In this document: piece by piece, positions 49,201-61,900 of the stretch | Position numbering within the stretch: the first letter of the stretch is position 1 | Layout of the letters: every line of letters starts with the position of its first letter | Source of the DNA: Cetorhinus maximus | Taxonomy: Eukaryota | Direction: 5' to 3' | Assembly: GCF_964194155.1 (NCBI RefSeq) | Contig: NC_135898.1 | Coordinates: 87,668,001 to 87,732,000, forward strand | Length of the DNA: 64,000 nucleotides | Notes under the pieces: model-generated | The model's database searches: none | Told to the model about the DNA's origin: nothing | What the model saw: the letters and a program-made list of their open reading frames with translations, nothing else | Position numbers and translations under genes: made by a program

Positions 49201-52200
49201 CTGTACTTAGGTTATCTGTGTATTTCGGTGTGTGCAGCACTGGTGGAATGTGAGTGTGAGATGGATGTGTGTGTGTTTGCATTTCACTGACTCTGGGTCT
49301 CTCCCATTTTTTACATTCTGTCTAATTCATATACTTCCATGGGAAAATACCGCCCCCCTCCTCCTCCCCCTCCCCCTCCCCCCCACACACACTTTATGCA
49401 TGTTAAACCTACCAGTTTCATTCTGAAGATATTTTTAAAATGTAATACACGGAACCGACGATTATGTTTTCACCCAGAGGGTGGCTGGAGTCTGGAACAA
49501 TTGCTGAATTTGGTGGTGGAGGCAGGTTCGATCGAGGTTTTCAAATGGGAAGTCGATGGCTACCTGAAAAGAGAGAGAACGTGCAAGGTTACGGAGATGA
49601 GGCAGGGGGGTGGGTGGGACTAGGTGGAATGCTCTTTCAGAGAGCCAGTGCGGACTCGATGGGCCGAATGCCCCCCCCCATTCAGCGCTGCAAAGATACT
49701 GCGATGCCGAGGCGACCCCCTGATATAATGTTGCAAGTGCAACCTTAAATGTCAAAAGGAAATGTTTTATCTTGATGGGAGAGGTGAGTTATAGCAGCAG
49801 CTCCACAGCGGGGAAGCTGCGGCTAATTGTGACCTGAGAGCTCTTGTTTGTGAGGTTTGGCAAGTAGTTCACCAGGGACATAACATTCCCTGTTTTCTCA
49901 CTCTCGCCCTTCAATTTTATTTGATTTAATCGCACTGAATGGAGTCTAAGACATCTGGAACTCTCTCTCTCCCCTCCCTCGAAGAGTTTGTATTCAATAA
50001 AGCAGGCCCCGTTAGCGCAATTGTTTCAATAAAAAGAGTCATAAAAACGCTAATGATGTCTCTGTGCAGTATTTATACATCAGTGTCAATTTACCGTGCC
50101 TAATACATACTATGCACATATTATTTCGCCGCCGATCCTGTCATTTCATTTGACTCTCTCTCTCTCTCTAATGTAATGCCGGAACAAATGGAAAATAAAC
50201 TTGCAACCGCCTGAAATGTCCCAGCACAGGTTTGCCAGGCTTAGTAACAATAATAAGCCTGCTTCGGTCAGCCCGCCTCCTGCTGAATCCTATGTTCACT
50301 CGGCCTTCAGACGGCGAGCTACTTACTGCAGGACTTCCCCCCCTACCACCTCCCTCACCAAGCGCCTTTCACCGCGGACAAAAAAAAAGGTTAAGATGGG
50401 GAGGAGGGATTGGGACGGGGAAAAAAAAAAGCAAACAGGTTTCGGGCATCGTTCTATTAATCAGCCTATTAAACAGGGGGTGGGGGCATATTTACAAATG
50501 TCAATCTCGGGTCTTTAAGGTTTTGTTTCTACGCGAAACCTCCGTCCTTCCGACACCCACCTTTTTGTTCCCCCAAACTAATAAAAGCCATTGTCGATGC
50601 CTCGGAGCCGAACTCGGACATTCTTTCAGTGTACTTAGGGCTTCTAATCAAAAGGTTTTTTCTATATAATAACTTTCTCTTTCACGGCGCTTGGCACATG
50701 AACAATTCATGTCGAGTGTGGCAGGAGATGGCCTCTCTGTGCGAGGCAGCCTAGCTAAAGGACACGATCACACAAAAGCAGCTTTTTGGGCGGTTTAACA
50801 CAGCGTTTGAATAAACATTTCATCGCTGTAGTTTTTTTTTATATATATATATCTGGAACTAAGTTTCGTGGGGGATTTCTTACGGTTTGGAGAAACAAAA
50901 AGGACTTCTTTAGTAGGAGTGTTTTTCACTTACACATACTTGAATTTTTTTTAAAAATGACGCTTTCGTTGCTATCAGCTGTTACTTTTATGGGTTTCTT
51001 CAGAAACTTAAGCCTTTCGGCCCAGTTAAACTCATTTTACTTCCAACCTGACATCTCATTTCCACGAGTCGTTTCGTCGAGACGACTAAAACTGGAAAAA
51101 TGCGAGCAGCGTGGTCCCTAATAACCTGCAAATCCATGCATTGTGATGCAGAGTTACTCGCCAGGCCTTTCCTGTGGGCACTTTTTAAAATAATATGCCG
51201 ACACAAATGTTTAAGAGAGAGATATGCTCTATGACGAGTGGTCAGACGGATGCTAAACTAGTCCCAAGCTAGACGTACGGGGGGGAAGCATTTTTTTTTA
51301 AAAAAGGCAGGTTACAACTAAAATGTTTTTTTTTTTAAAAATACAGAGAGAGACATTATTTTTGCTCCTGTTCAAAATTCTACCGAAAAGTTATATTCAC
51401 GCTAATATAGGCGCCCATCGAAAATAATGAATCCAAAGGAAATACACAAGGGACTCGGTAATGAACATATTGCACCTCAAATATTTATTTTTTTCTCAGC
51501 TCCCACTTAGTGTATTCCAGCAATTTTGAATAGCAGAGTATTATACAAGCTGGCGGGGGTGGGGAAATCCTTCACAAACAATAAGCTTTGCTATATACAT
51601 AACTTTATACATTGCCGGTCACATTTAAACACACTTCTCAGGTACAATTTCGAGTGGTGTTTCAGAATTAGGATTTTTTTGGCCAAAATTCTCCATGTAT
51701 TTTTCTCTCTCTCTCTCTACCCCACCTTAAAGGAGTTCCTGTTCGCAGCTATTGATATATTTTTTTTTTTCGCGTTGTTTTGCTTTTAATAGTGTTTTCG
51801 AATATTTCAATCCTGCACGGCCCGCTTCCCTTTACCAGCGCGGGCACCGAAAACGCTACAATGACTTCAGAAAGACTTATTGAATTAGGCAAATCCCTGA
51901 TTTTCAATGGTGACACCAAGGAAGGAGTTGCTCAGCAAGGAGGGTCGGGTAACACTAATACAGCCTCCATGTTTGACCCGGGGGGGGGTGTAAGTGCACT
52001 GGCTATTACTTCATAACCCACCGCTGCTGTTCGAGAATTTGAATTCAGGTTACAAAATCTAGAAATAAATTAAAACAAAGGCCGGTGCGAATAAAAGTGA
52101 CCCATGGAGTTCCGTTAAATAAAAAAACCCCAAATTGTTTACTCGTGTTGTTTTTTTTTTCTCTTAACCTGCCTGTCTGGCCTGTACGTGACTCCATTCC

Positions 52201-52550
52201 CACACCAGAGTGGTTGATTCTTAACTGCCCCCTGAAGCGGTCTAGGTTCAGGGCAAACTACTTCAGTTCAAGAAGGTGACCCACTACCTTCTCAGGACAA
52301 CGCGGTACGGGCAATAATTGCTGGCCTTATCAACATAACCCACCATCTCCGATTTTGAATTAACAGAACATTCGTAGGAACCAATAAAAAAAAAATGCTG
52401 GAAACATGAAATATTTTTTTTTAAAAAACCCCAGAAAACGCTGGAAATACTCAGCCGTCTCTCTCTCTCTCTCTCTCCAGATGCTGCCTGACTTGCTGAG
52501 TATTTCCAGGTGGGGTTTTAAAAAAACATTTTTATATTAATTTTTCGCTT

Positions 52551-52556
52551 TTTATT
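52551..52556 (-). terminator. candidate polyadenylation signal of nkx2-3
   Basis: AATAAA on the minus strand about 560 nt past the stop codon; another candidate lies at 51484-51489. Confidence 0.3.
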
Positions 52557-53113
52557 TGATGCTAATGATTTGTAGGGTCCTTCCTCCAGCCGGTAATGCC
52601 GTCTCTGTTTTCCGTTCTTGGAGGTGTGAGGAACACTAAAGCCTGTAAAACACTGTTTAAAAAAAATAATAAATCCCACACAACTGTCGGTCGAAATGTG
52701 TTGGTAATCTCGCATTTCCCCTATCTCCGCTGTTCAATTCTCTTCATGTAACCCTTTTGAGTCCACTGGTGGATGACACAATTCTGGAAGGCAAGATACG
52801 GAAGTCGATTTGTCCTCCTTTCCTCGTCCAAACTCTAACATACAGACGAGCCATAGAGGATTGGAAATTACATGGGTTAGAAAAGAATATACAATATAAA
52901 GGGAGAGAACGAGGGTAATATTTGGAAGTAGCATCCCACCGATCTGCAATCAATAGGGATTTTCCAAGCGGGATTCTTGAAACGTAATCATAACGTTGGT
53001 ACTTTTTTAAAAAAAAATCTCCTTTTCCTTTTTTCAAATGAACTACATTTTTTTTTAAAAAAAAAGTTCAGAGCGATTGGACACCTCCAAAAGCTCCCGC
53101 CTCTCAAGTCAGC

Positions 53114-53736
53114 TTACCAGGCCCTGATGCCCTGTAGGGTCCCTTGGCATGCAGGCATCCCGGCTCCTTGGTGAGACTGTGACTGCATTGAGCTGTTCAC
53201 GTTACTGAGGTCCACGTTCATGAAGGCATTGGGCGCGGAGGAAGGCTGCAGGGACGGGATGCTGGTGTAGGTGCAGCTATAGTTTGTGTTATAGGCCGGG
53301 CCCCCGCCGTAACTGCCGTACGAGGCCGGGTAGCCGTTGTAAGCGTACGCATTGGCCCCGACGCTGTAAGGGCTGCTGTAACTTTGGGATCCCGCTATGC
53401 ACGGCTTGCCGTCTCGGACCAGCACGGGGACCGCCACCCGCCTGGGCGGAGGCGGGTGATGGTGACCTGCAATCTCCAGGGATTTGTCCTGCCGCTGCCT
53501 TTTGCACTTGTAGCGCCGGTTCTGAAACCAGATCTTGACTTGGGTGGAGGTCAGTTTGAGGGTGTTGGCCAAGTGTTCCCTCTCGGGGGCGGACAGGTAC
53601 CTCTGCTGCTTAAACCTTCTCTCCAGTTCAAACACCTGAGCCTGTGAGAAAAGCACGCGAGGTTTCCTCCTCTGCCTTTGCTTCGGTCGCTCTCCATCTT
53701 CCCCCTTGTCCTCGCTTTCGGGAGATTTTTTCAACT
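53114..53736 (-). CDS. nkx2-3: NK2 homeobox 3, coding exon 2 (homeodomain, NK2-SD, Tyr-rich region, GIRAW terminus)
   Basis: Acceptor TTTTTGCAG|AG completes codon AAG in frame with exon 1. Encodes [61 protein letters not shown]2-[17 protein letters not shown] and C-terminal [10 protein letters not shown]. Spliced product is 315 aa. Confidence 0.95.
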
Positions 53737-55082
53737 CTGCAAAAACATGACCGAGCCATTAATCGCACGCTTGACTTACACCCTGCAACAGGGAGCGTAA
53801 ATTCCTGCCATAACTGATAATCCTGCGCTTTAAAGAAAAAAAACCTCATGAAATGAATTCTCGCATTTCGGCTCCCGGGAGCATGTTTGTGAGCTATTAA
53901 TGAATCCGAGGTCATTGGCGAGAGGGACTTTTAATCAACGTTAAACCAGGGAGCTTCGGAGGGGCGATTGTAACTATATTTGGGATTCAGAAAATTCATC
54001 CTCATTCCACCAAAGTGGTATCTCGGGCAGCTCAATTGTTTCACTGTCTTAAGTTCAAATTAAAGGCTGAACTATCACATCGTCCTTTTTAATGCTGTAT
54101 TTTGATTCCTTAATAAGATCAGGGGCGCTCACTTAATTTGTTTAAAATGAAATAAAACCACTATGTGCATTAACTCTCTGACTGGTGCAAATTTTGGAAA
54201 ATAATGTATCTGTCTTTTAAAATGTGGTTGTGGACGTAAAAAATAAATCGCATTAAAATCCCACATTCTTCCAAGTCTCTGAAAGGTCTCACCAGAGCCT
54301 TTAACACGGCCTGTTTGAGATGTATGAACATGCAAACGCACACCATTGTACAACATGAATTAAGCGTTTCTTTAATTGTCCGAATTAGTAACATTTTTCT
54401 ACAATTGTTGTCAGTGTTCAACTTATACATAGGCCTAAAATGGGATACATGCTTCCAGAGCTTGTTTGAATAGTTTACATGCTAGCACGAACACGCTGTC
54501 GAGTGCAAAACAACCTATACATGGACATTACAGTAAAGGAAGCGAGAACGTTTTACAGTCCTAATAACTGGTTCAAGGATCCGGGTTGCAATTGCTGGAA
54601 ATATCCAGGGACTGTGTTTATATTATGTGGCTGAATTACTGTCTCTGACTTGAAATGTGGGCCCCCGTGTTTTCTTTCTGTAGAAGAACCGATCATTAGG
54701 AAGTATTTTTTTTTTAAAAACACACTCTTTCGGATTAATACAATCTTACGGCAGTCTTAAGAATGCATTTTATCTCTGAACATCCCCGAAAATAATTTTT
54801 TTTTAAGTGGTTTGGAAAGCGGCGTGATTTTTCCTTTCATTTTCAAACAATCACTGGGGATTGGGGAGGAGGTGGGAGAGGGAGGGGGGGGTGAATGTTG
54901 AAATCAAAATTAAAAGACTTTAGATTCGAGTTGAAAAGCAAAACAACGCCGCCTTTGCAAAAAAGAAACCTTTAAACATAATCACATTTCAATTCTGCAG
55001 GTTTAAAGTTTAATTAAAGGTTAACAATATTTTGTGCTGCAGCTAATCTCTTTTACAAAATCCACACTAGTCAGCCACTTAC

Positions 55083-55407
55083 TCTTGTCCTCATCCCGCA
55101 GGATCTCCTCTTCCAATTTGGTTTCACACGGGCTCCTCAACGCTGCGTGGACGTAAAGGTCGGGAGAAAGGCTCACGTCCCCCCGGCTGTCCTGCACTGA
55201 CAGAGAGTTCAGAAAGGGTATTTTCTCCTCCCCGTCCGAGAAGCTGGATGCTTCCCCGGCGGCGTGCATGCAAGAAGGCGGCGGCTGGAACTGAGACGGT
55301 AAATTCTGCTGCAAATGATGGGCCACTTGCTGGTGCGTCTGCTGTTCCAGATTCAGAATGTCTTTGACCGAGAATGGCGTCGATGTGACCGGACTTGGCA
55401 GCATCAT
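55083..55407 (-). CDS. nkx2-3: NK2 homeobox 3 (NK4/tinman family), coding exon 1
   Basis: Starts MMLPSPVTSTPFSVKDILNLEQQ (TN/eh1 domain, matching the recalled NKX2-3 N-terminus). Ends at a canonical donor AAG A|GTAAGT (GT at 55082-55081). 325 nt, phase 1. Confidence 0.93.
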
Positions 55408-55599
55408 CAGGCGAGATGCGAGGAAATTAATTATAAATCCGCCAGTTTAATCTCCCTTTTTGCGAAATAAAATCCAGCACGCTTTTTTTTTTCCCCACCT
55501 AAATTGCAACCGAAAACAAAAGATCTCAAACTCCCCTTAATTGCACAATTTTTTTTTTTCCTCCTCTCTTGTAAAACTGACATGTAAGTACAGTGGATT

Positions 55600-55960
55600 A
55601 GGTGGGATTTTTTTTGCCGCAGCCAATGGGTTGCAAACTGGGCAGAATTGCCGAGTCCAGTTTTGTTGCTGTTCGGCCACCCCAAGATGCGGGTGACGTC
55701 ACAATAGAGGGAGAGGGCGGAGCCTGGAGACGTCATTGGCTCACTAGCACCGAAGATGCAAATGAGGGCTGGGGAGGGGGCGGGGAGGAGGAAAGCGCGC
55801 CGAGTTGTTACCCGGCCGCCGATTGGCTAACCGCCCTTCCCCCCCCCCCCCCCCCACCCCCGGGGCCCACCGCGTGTCACGTGATTCTCCGGGCTCCGGG
55901 CGATCCCTGGGCAGGAGAAGCGCGCGCGCTCCCCGCCAGCAGCGGAAATTGGGCATGGTT
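55600..55960 (-). promoter_or_regulatory. nkx2-3 CpG-rich proximal promoter
   Basis: Directly upstream of the ATG. Contains a full CRE TGACGTCA (55694-55701), GACGTCATTGG (~55729-55739), octamer ATGCAAAT (55756-55763), GC box GGGGCGGGG (~55777), CCAAT boxes in both orientations (~55623, ~55822) and E-box TCACGTGA (55877-55884). Confidence 0.7.
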
Positions 55961-58900
55961 TATTCCGGGTGAACTAATGCAGAAAGCAATTCGAAATTAT
56001 TTTTTTAGTCTTTGCTTTGATATTACCGATGTTGCACAGCGTGGGCTGCATTTAAAAAAAAACGATATAATTAAACCAAACAGTACATTTTTAGCAAATC
56101 CAAAGTTTCCTTAAAATTGTGCTAATAAACTAGGTGATATTCATATTTCCACTTTTCAAAAAACCCTTTAAACTATCCTCATTTCTGCTATTACCTAAGT
56201 AGTGTTAATTGCGTACAAAACATAATCACTAAAAGGCAGTATTTGAATAAAATGCAAAATAACTATTGAGCGTGAATAGTGTAAAATCATCACAGGAATC
56301 ATTCCTGTGATTAATGCTTATAGAGGGAAAAACGTCGGAGATGTAAAGCATCAAACCATGTGGCTTTCTAACATTTATTCTGTCAAGGTGTAATTTAACA
56401 GTGGAGGAATGTCGTTTTGTTGTGCCTTCAATGTTAATTCATACATACCTGGAGATGAATGTAATCCTGAGTGGACATATTATTCTATTCCCCCATTTAA
56501 TAGATTATTGTTACTTCAATCGCAATGCAAGTTCAGAATCAGTGGCATAATAACATATCTTGTAGACATCAGAATGAAGCATAATAATAAACCCGTGTAG
56601 CTGCCGCTAACAAAGCAGAATATGTGAAATACTCCGAAACAACACACATCAACACTGGGCCATATCAGAGATTTTTGGGAATGAAGAGAGGCGGCGTTAC
56701 CCTATTCATTTGTCGGTCACTGAATATCTTTTGTGCATTTTAAATTCTTCTTCAAATCTAGAAATAAGCAGCAATAAGGAATTTGTCACTTATGCAAACT
56801 TATTTCCGCCCCTATGGGTTTGCCTTTGATCATTAGGCCTCCTGCGGGTTAAACAGTTCATAACTTCAGGGCAGGACAGTGATACAAGGGACGTGTATAT
56901 AAGATTTTAGCTCAGTTAAATCGTCCAACACTTTGGAGAATTTAGCACAAACGCCTCAAACAGTGGAACTGTGACATGCACGCATGTAATACTAAAAGAA
57001 CGTGCCTCGAGACCTTCGGAAAAATAGTCCCCTCCGACTTTACTTTTCCGTTTATCGGTGTTTCCTCCTTACCACAGAGAAGGAAGCCGCTCGACTGTTT
57101 AATTTACGGAAATGGCCGATGCACCAATGGGTTGGTGGAGTGCAATTGTACAGGACACCCCCCAAAAAAAAATCTAGATTTAAAACATGCTGCGCCGAGG
57201 TGGATTACGTGAGACATGGTTCAGGTGTCTCAAAATAATTGTGGAATTAACTCCGAGAAATAATTGTATTCTGTGCAGGTTGAAAGATACAGCTTTGCTA
57301 TTGGATTGCATTCAAGCCTATTGGGGTCACGGGTGGGGCTGGTAAAAAATGGGGGGGCCTCGCGGCTATATTACGTAATTGCGGTGATATTCAGTTACTG
57401 CGGCTTATACGCTTTTTTCTTCAATACTTGGGGATTTTAACAAAGGTCGCTCCGTATTAAAAGCAGCTTCACTGAGGTTAGTAGAGATTTACAAAAATGA
57501 TTCGTGGAAGTGTAAGTGCTTGAATACAGCTACAATCAACTGTGTGCTATCATAGTTCAATAAAAGTTCCGTTTTCAAATAAGACTAAGGAGGTGTCGTG
57601 TAAAACACCCACTACTATATAAACCATTCGGTGCACATCATTCATAACCACAGCCATCATCCTAGTTCATAGAATTGTTTTCATTCCGCTGTCTTTTAAA
57701 AGACAGAAAGTGTTATCTAACCCAACAACTGCTCGATTCGCCTCGTTTCTTTGAACCATGGCGGTGTCGTAAAGATATGAAATATTAATTGCAGATAACA
57801 TTGCTACTACCTGGTTTACCATTGATGCTTTTCTCCTCTCCAATTGTATTTAATGTCCATTTATAAATAGGGTAAGGAACGGCATGCATAATCTAAACTA
57901 AAATAGCATTGAAACGGAGCCCGGATATTTTGTGACAAAAGACGCTGGCCTGTGCAGCACTGCAATAACCGCCTATTTTTACTTTTGTTGGAAGTGTTGA
58001 TGTTTCTTATCCTCCCCGCCTGAGTGAAATTCCAAAACAAATCTCCGAAACACATCTGTATTTTCTCTGGCTTTCGCTTTGCAGTCGAAACTCACCCCCT
58101 GAGTCTAAAGTGAGCCGAAATTAGATGCAGGTTGCTGCAGTTATCGACGGTCTGGCGATTGGAAGAGCTGTTTCGCGGCGCGTGGCTTCGGGTTTTGATG
58201 AAACAGAAGTTGAGTGCGAATTTATTGAGCGAAGGTCTTTATCTCCTCGCTGCAATTAGGTCGCATGCAACCCGATCGAAGCGTTTTCTTTTAATTCTAA
58301 AACCGACCCGCTCTCCGCTCACGTCCAAAGTAGATGATTTGGTTAAACGCTGTTTAAGTTCAATTATTTTGCCAATGAGTTTCTCTCAAGAACAGCTAAC
58401 GCAACATAACTAATTACTTCAAACCTACGAACCACAGCTAGAAGGAAGGTGTGTCCAGTGAATGCATTGATTTGTTAATGTTTATAGCGATTCCTTAAGC
58501 GCTGGGGATCAAAGACCAATTTGATTCTGCGGCACATGATAATAAAGAGAAAAAGTGGAATTATGGAAATGGACAATTTAAGGAGCACGTAATTTGGAGA
58601 CTTGATTAATAATACGATTTAATCAATATTTGAATCGTTAATTTCTATTTTCCCCAATAATTAAATCCACTCCATTATTTTTTCCCGAACTAGTTCCGTT
58701 CTTTTAACCTCAGCATTGTCAGTGCTTCATTCGTTTTGTTGTTTTACGCCCTGTGATTTCCTTACATAATTTCCTTATATAATTGTGATGTTAACTGGAG
58801 GGCCTGCCCCGCGCCAAACCGCAAACTGTACAGGTATCGGGAGTGACGAATTGACTACTTTGCTCTCATACTCTGCCTCTCTCTACCCACCCCCTGCACC

Positions 58901-61900
58901 CCCCACCTCCCCCACTCCTCCCATTTCTTTTACAGAGCTGGGAGTTATAACCTCAAATTTCGGACCGGCTCCCGAAGCGAGAAGCGAGCGTCGCCTCGCC
59001 CAGCGATGCATTTGAATTGAATTCGCATAGTTAATGTAGACAATGCGCGAGTGGAGTTTGTTCGCTGTTTGAGGCAGTAACACTTCCCAAAGCATTGCTG
59101 TGTTCGAAGAATACTGAACGAAGCTCCCTTTAACTGATACGTTTGCAATAGGAGGGGAGGGGGATAATTTGATGGGTTTTCATGGCTGCATTTTTGGTCA
59201 TATCTTTTGAAGGAGTGATGAAAAACTATTTCACTCGCCGTGCAATTGTGCACCTCCACTGTTAAAACATGACAAAGTATGTGGCAGGACATCAGAGCAG
59301 GATTCATGTTATTACACGGCCTTTCTATGGTTCGCTTTATAAATGAATGAGTGGAAAGCAATGATTTGAATGCGCTTTAACTTAGTTAAATGCTCCTATC
59401 TTATTATGAAATACAATTTAATCATGACTGTTTGAAGAGAGCAATCCGGCTGGATGCACATCTATCTTGTTAATTCCAGCAGCTGCATTGGTGCAAAAAA
59501 AAATACATTGCCCCCACCCTTATCTCTTTCTCAGATCTCACTTTAAATGAACGTATAATGCAATCATCAGTTTGATTGTTGCCGCTTTCGTTTCAGTCTT
59601 CAAGTTATAAACGTATTTAAAAGTTACTTTGGTAACCTAGGGCATGACTCATTTCCCGACGCCCTTCGAACATCCGCCACCTCCACGTTTTGGGATTACC
59701 CGGGAATTCTGGTTCTGTACCGGCCCGTTCGAAACCGTACCCAAATTTTTAGTTCTACGGCACCACACAAAAAAAAACCTTTGGACAGGGATTTAAACAG
59801 GGACAAGAATAGAGAGTGCCACCACTTGGAGCGTAAAAAGTCAGCGACCATTCAGCCCATCGCTGTTTCAAAGATCCATGTTTATAAATGGACGCTCCCT
59901 ATTGCAACATCCAACTGTATTTTAACAAACAACATTTATTTGGAATTAATAGGGGCCTTTTTTTTGCTGCCACATTGTTCTCAGATGACTATAACTAAGT
60001 TCCACCTACGTAACGTTGGTTTAAAATATTCGATATCCTACTATTCATTAATTCGTATTGATGCAAAAAAAATATATCCGATATAAGTAACAGTCCTTCA
60101 CGGGTAGCGATTTTCACAGCCAACAACTTATATGGCTCTGCCTCTATCTGTTCCTCAAGCCTCCTTTTAAATTAACATTTAGTAAGGTCATGGGTTCGAT
60201 AGCTGACAATATCATTGTCAAATTATAACCCGTGGAAGCTATTAAATGAATGCTACTTTAGCAATCTAGCAACGGAGTACAATTTTGGAGTCGGTCCCAA
60301 GATTAAGTTTACTGCCGGTGACTTTGATAAATATTAAATAGAGTTTTTTTTTAAAAATAAAGATAAATGGTTGCACAGGTTTATGTTTCTTCAATCATTA
60401 TCGCAGCACATGAGAGGTGTATCGCTATTACACAATCTCTATCGTTTGTACTTGTCTTTTAAAGTCGATAACCTCTGGTTTATTAATACCTTATCAAGTG
60501 AAAGGCACCCATCTATTTCAATTAAAATTCCGAGGGCAAACAGAGCCTGCAGTGTCGGCCGATAGAATCTGACACTATCGGAGCTGACTTTCCGTTCGGC
60601 AGCAACTGTCGAATGGTCGCAGATTGCCGAGACCCTCCACAGGCGCTGGGAAGGGACAGGGGTTTGAAGCGAGAGCCGTTAAGCGACCTATAAACGCACC
60701 CCACCCCCCCCTCCCCGCCTTTCAAAAACAAAAATAAGATTGCGTGGCTGCAGATAACACAATCGCCAAGTGCGGGCCAGGCAAGCCTGCTAAATTTATA
60801 CCTGCTCTGAAGGAAAGCTAGTGGCGAAACAGGCGTCAGACGACAGGAAACTTCGTGTGTTTACTGTAGCCATTGTAATGGGCTTTTAGAGGCCTACTTT
60901 AATTCTAATAAAGCACTGCACTTTACCCAAACAGTTGAGCTTCTAGCAGGCTTTAATAACAACCCGCTCACTGTTTCTGGCACATTTAAATGCTACTGTG
61001 AAACGCATTTCTCAACCTAAAGAGCCAGAGGATAGGCAGATGAGTGTGAAACTTTCCCATTTCAACCTGGGAATTGTGTAGACATATATTTGTACAGTGT
61101 CTATAAATTGCATTTAAGTCTGCCATGTTTGCTAGAACCAAATGATTAGCTCAGACCTCTCAAGAAACACTTCTACATGCAAAGGGTGATAGAGATTTGG
61201 AACTCTCTTCGGCAATCGATGCTAGATCCATTGCTAATTTTAAATCTGTGATTGATAAATGTTGTTAACCAAAGGTACTAAGGGTCCTGAGGCAAAGGCG
61301 GGTTTATGGAGTTAGGTCACAGACTAGAGGAATAGACTCGAGGGACTGAAGGGCCTCCTCCTGTTGCTGTGTCCCTACTACTAGGCTCCCAGTATGATGC
61401 CAAGTACGAAAGGATGCAGTGAATATAATCATTTATAAAGTAAACCAGGGTTCTGTGTCCACAAAAAATGCAGGACGAGTAGATAATCATCACTGTAAAT
61501 TTGCACGAATCACAGTAAAAGCACCGGCTCCAATGTGACATAAATCAAAGGGGAAAATGTGCTTATTTCACCGCAGGACATTAAATACCAGGCAGACTGT
61601 TAAAGGTTCTTTTCGAAAGCCCATAGAAGACCGTTCTTTAAATAAACTTGCCATCCCCCTTCCCCTTAAACTCATCAGTCCAAACAACATGACTGGAGAT
61701 GTTTAAAATACTGATTGTTTATTCTACGGATACTTGAGCATCCGGGGCCTTTAATAGATTTTTCCTTCGCTACCCCACCCCCGCTCCCCGCACCCCTTCT
61801 CTCCCAGCGGTATAAACAAGCATCCGCCTTGCCTCGCAACAAGCAGCGAGGCAATAAATCACAGGGCGGGTTTCGCAGAGAAAATGACTGCGTTTTTTTT

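Noticed and set aside
55602-56114. 170-aa plus-strand ORF divergent from nkx2-3
   Set aside because: Non-ATG start, runs through GC boxes and a poly-C tract of the promoter, and has no protein-like features.
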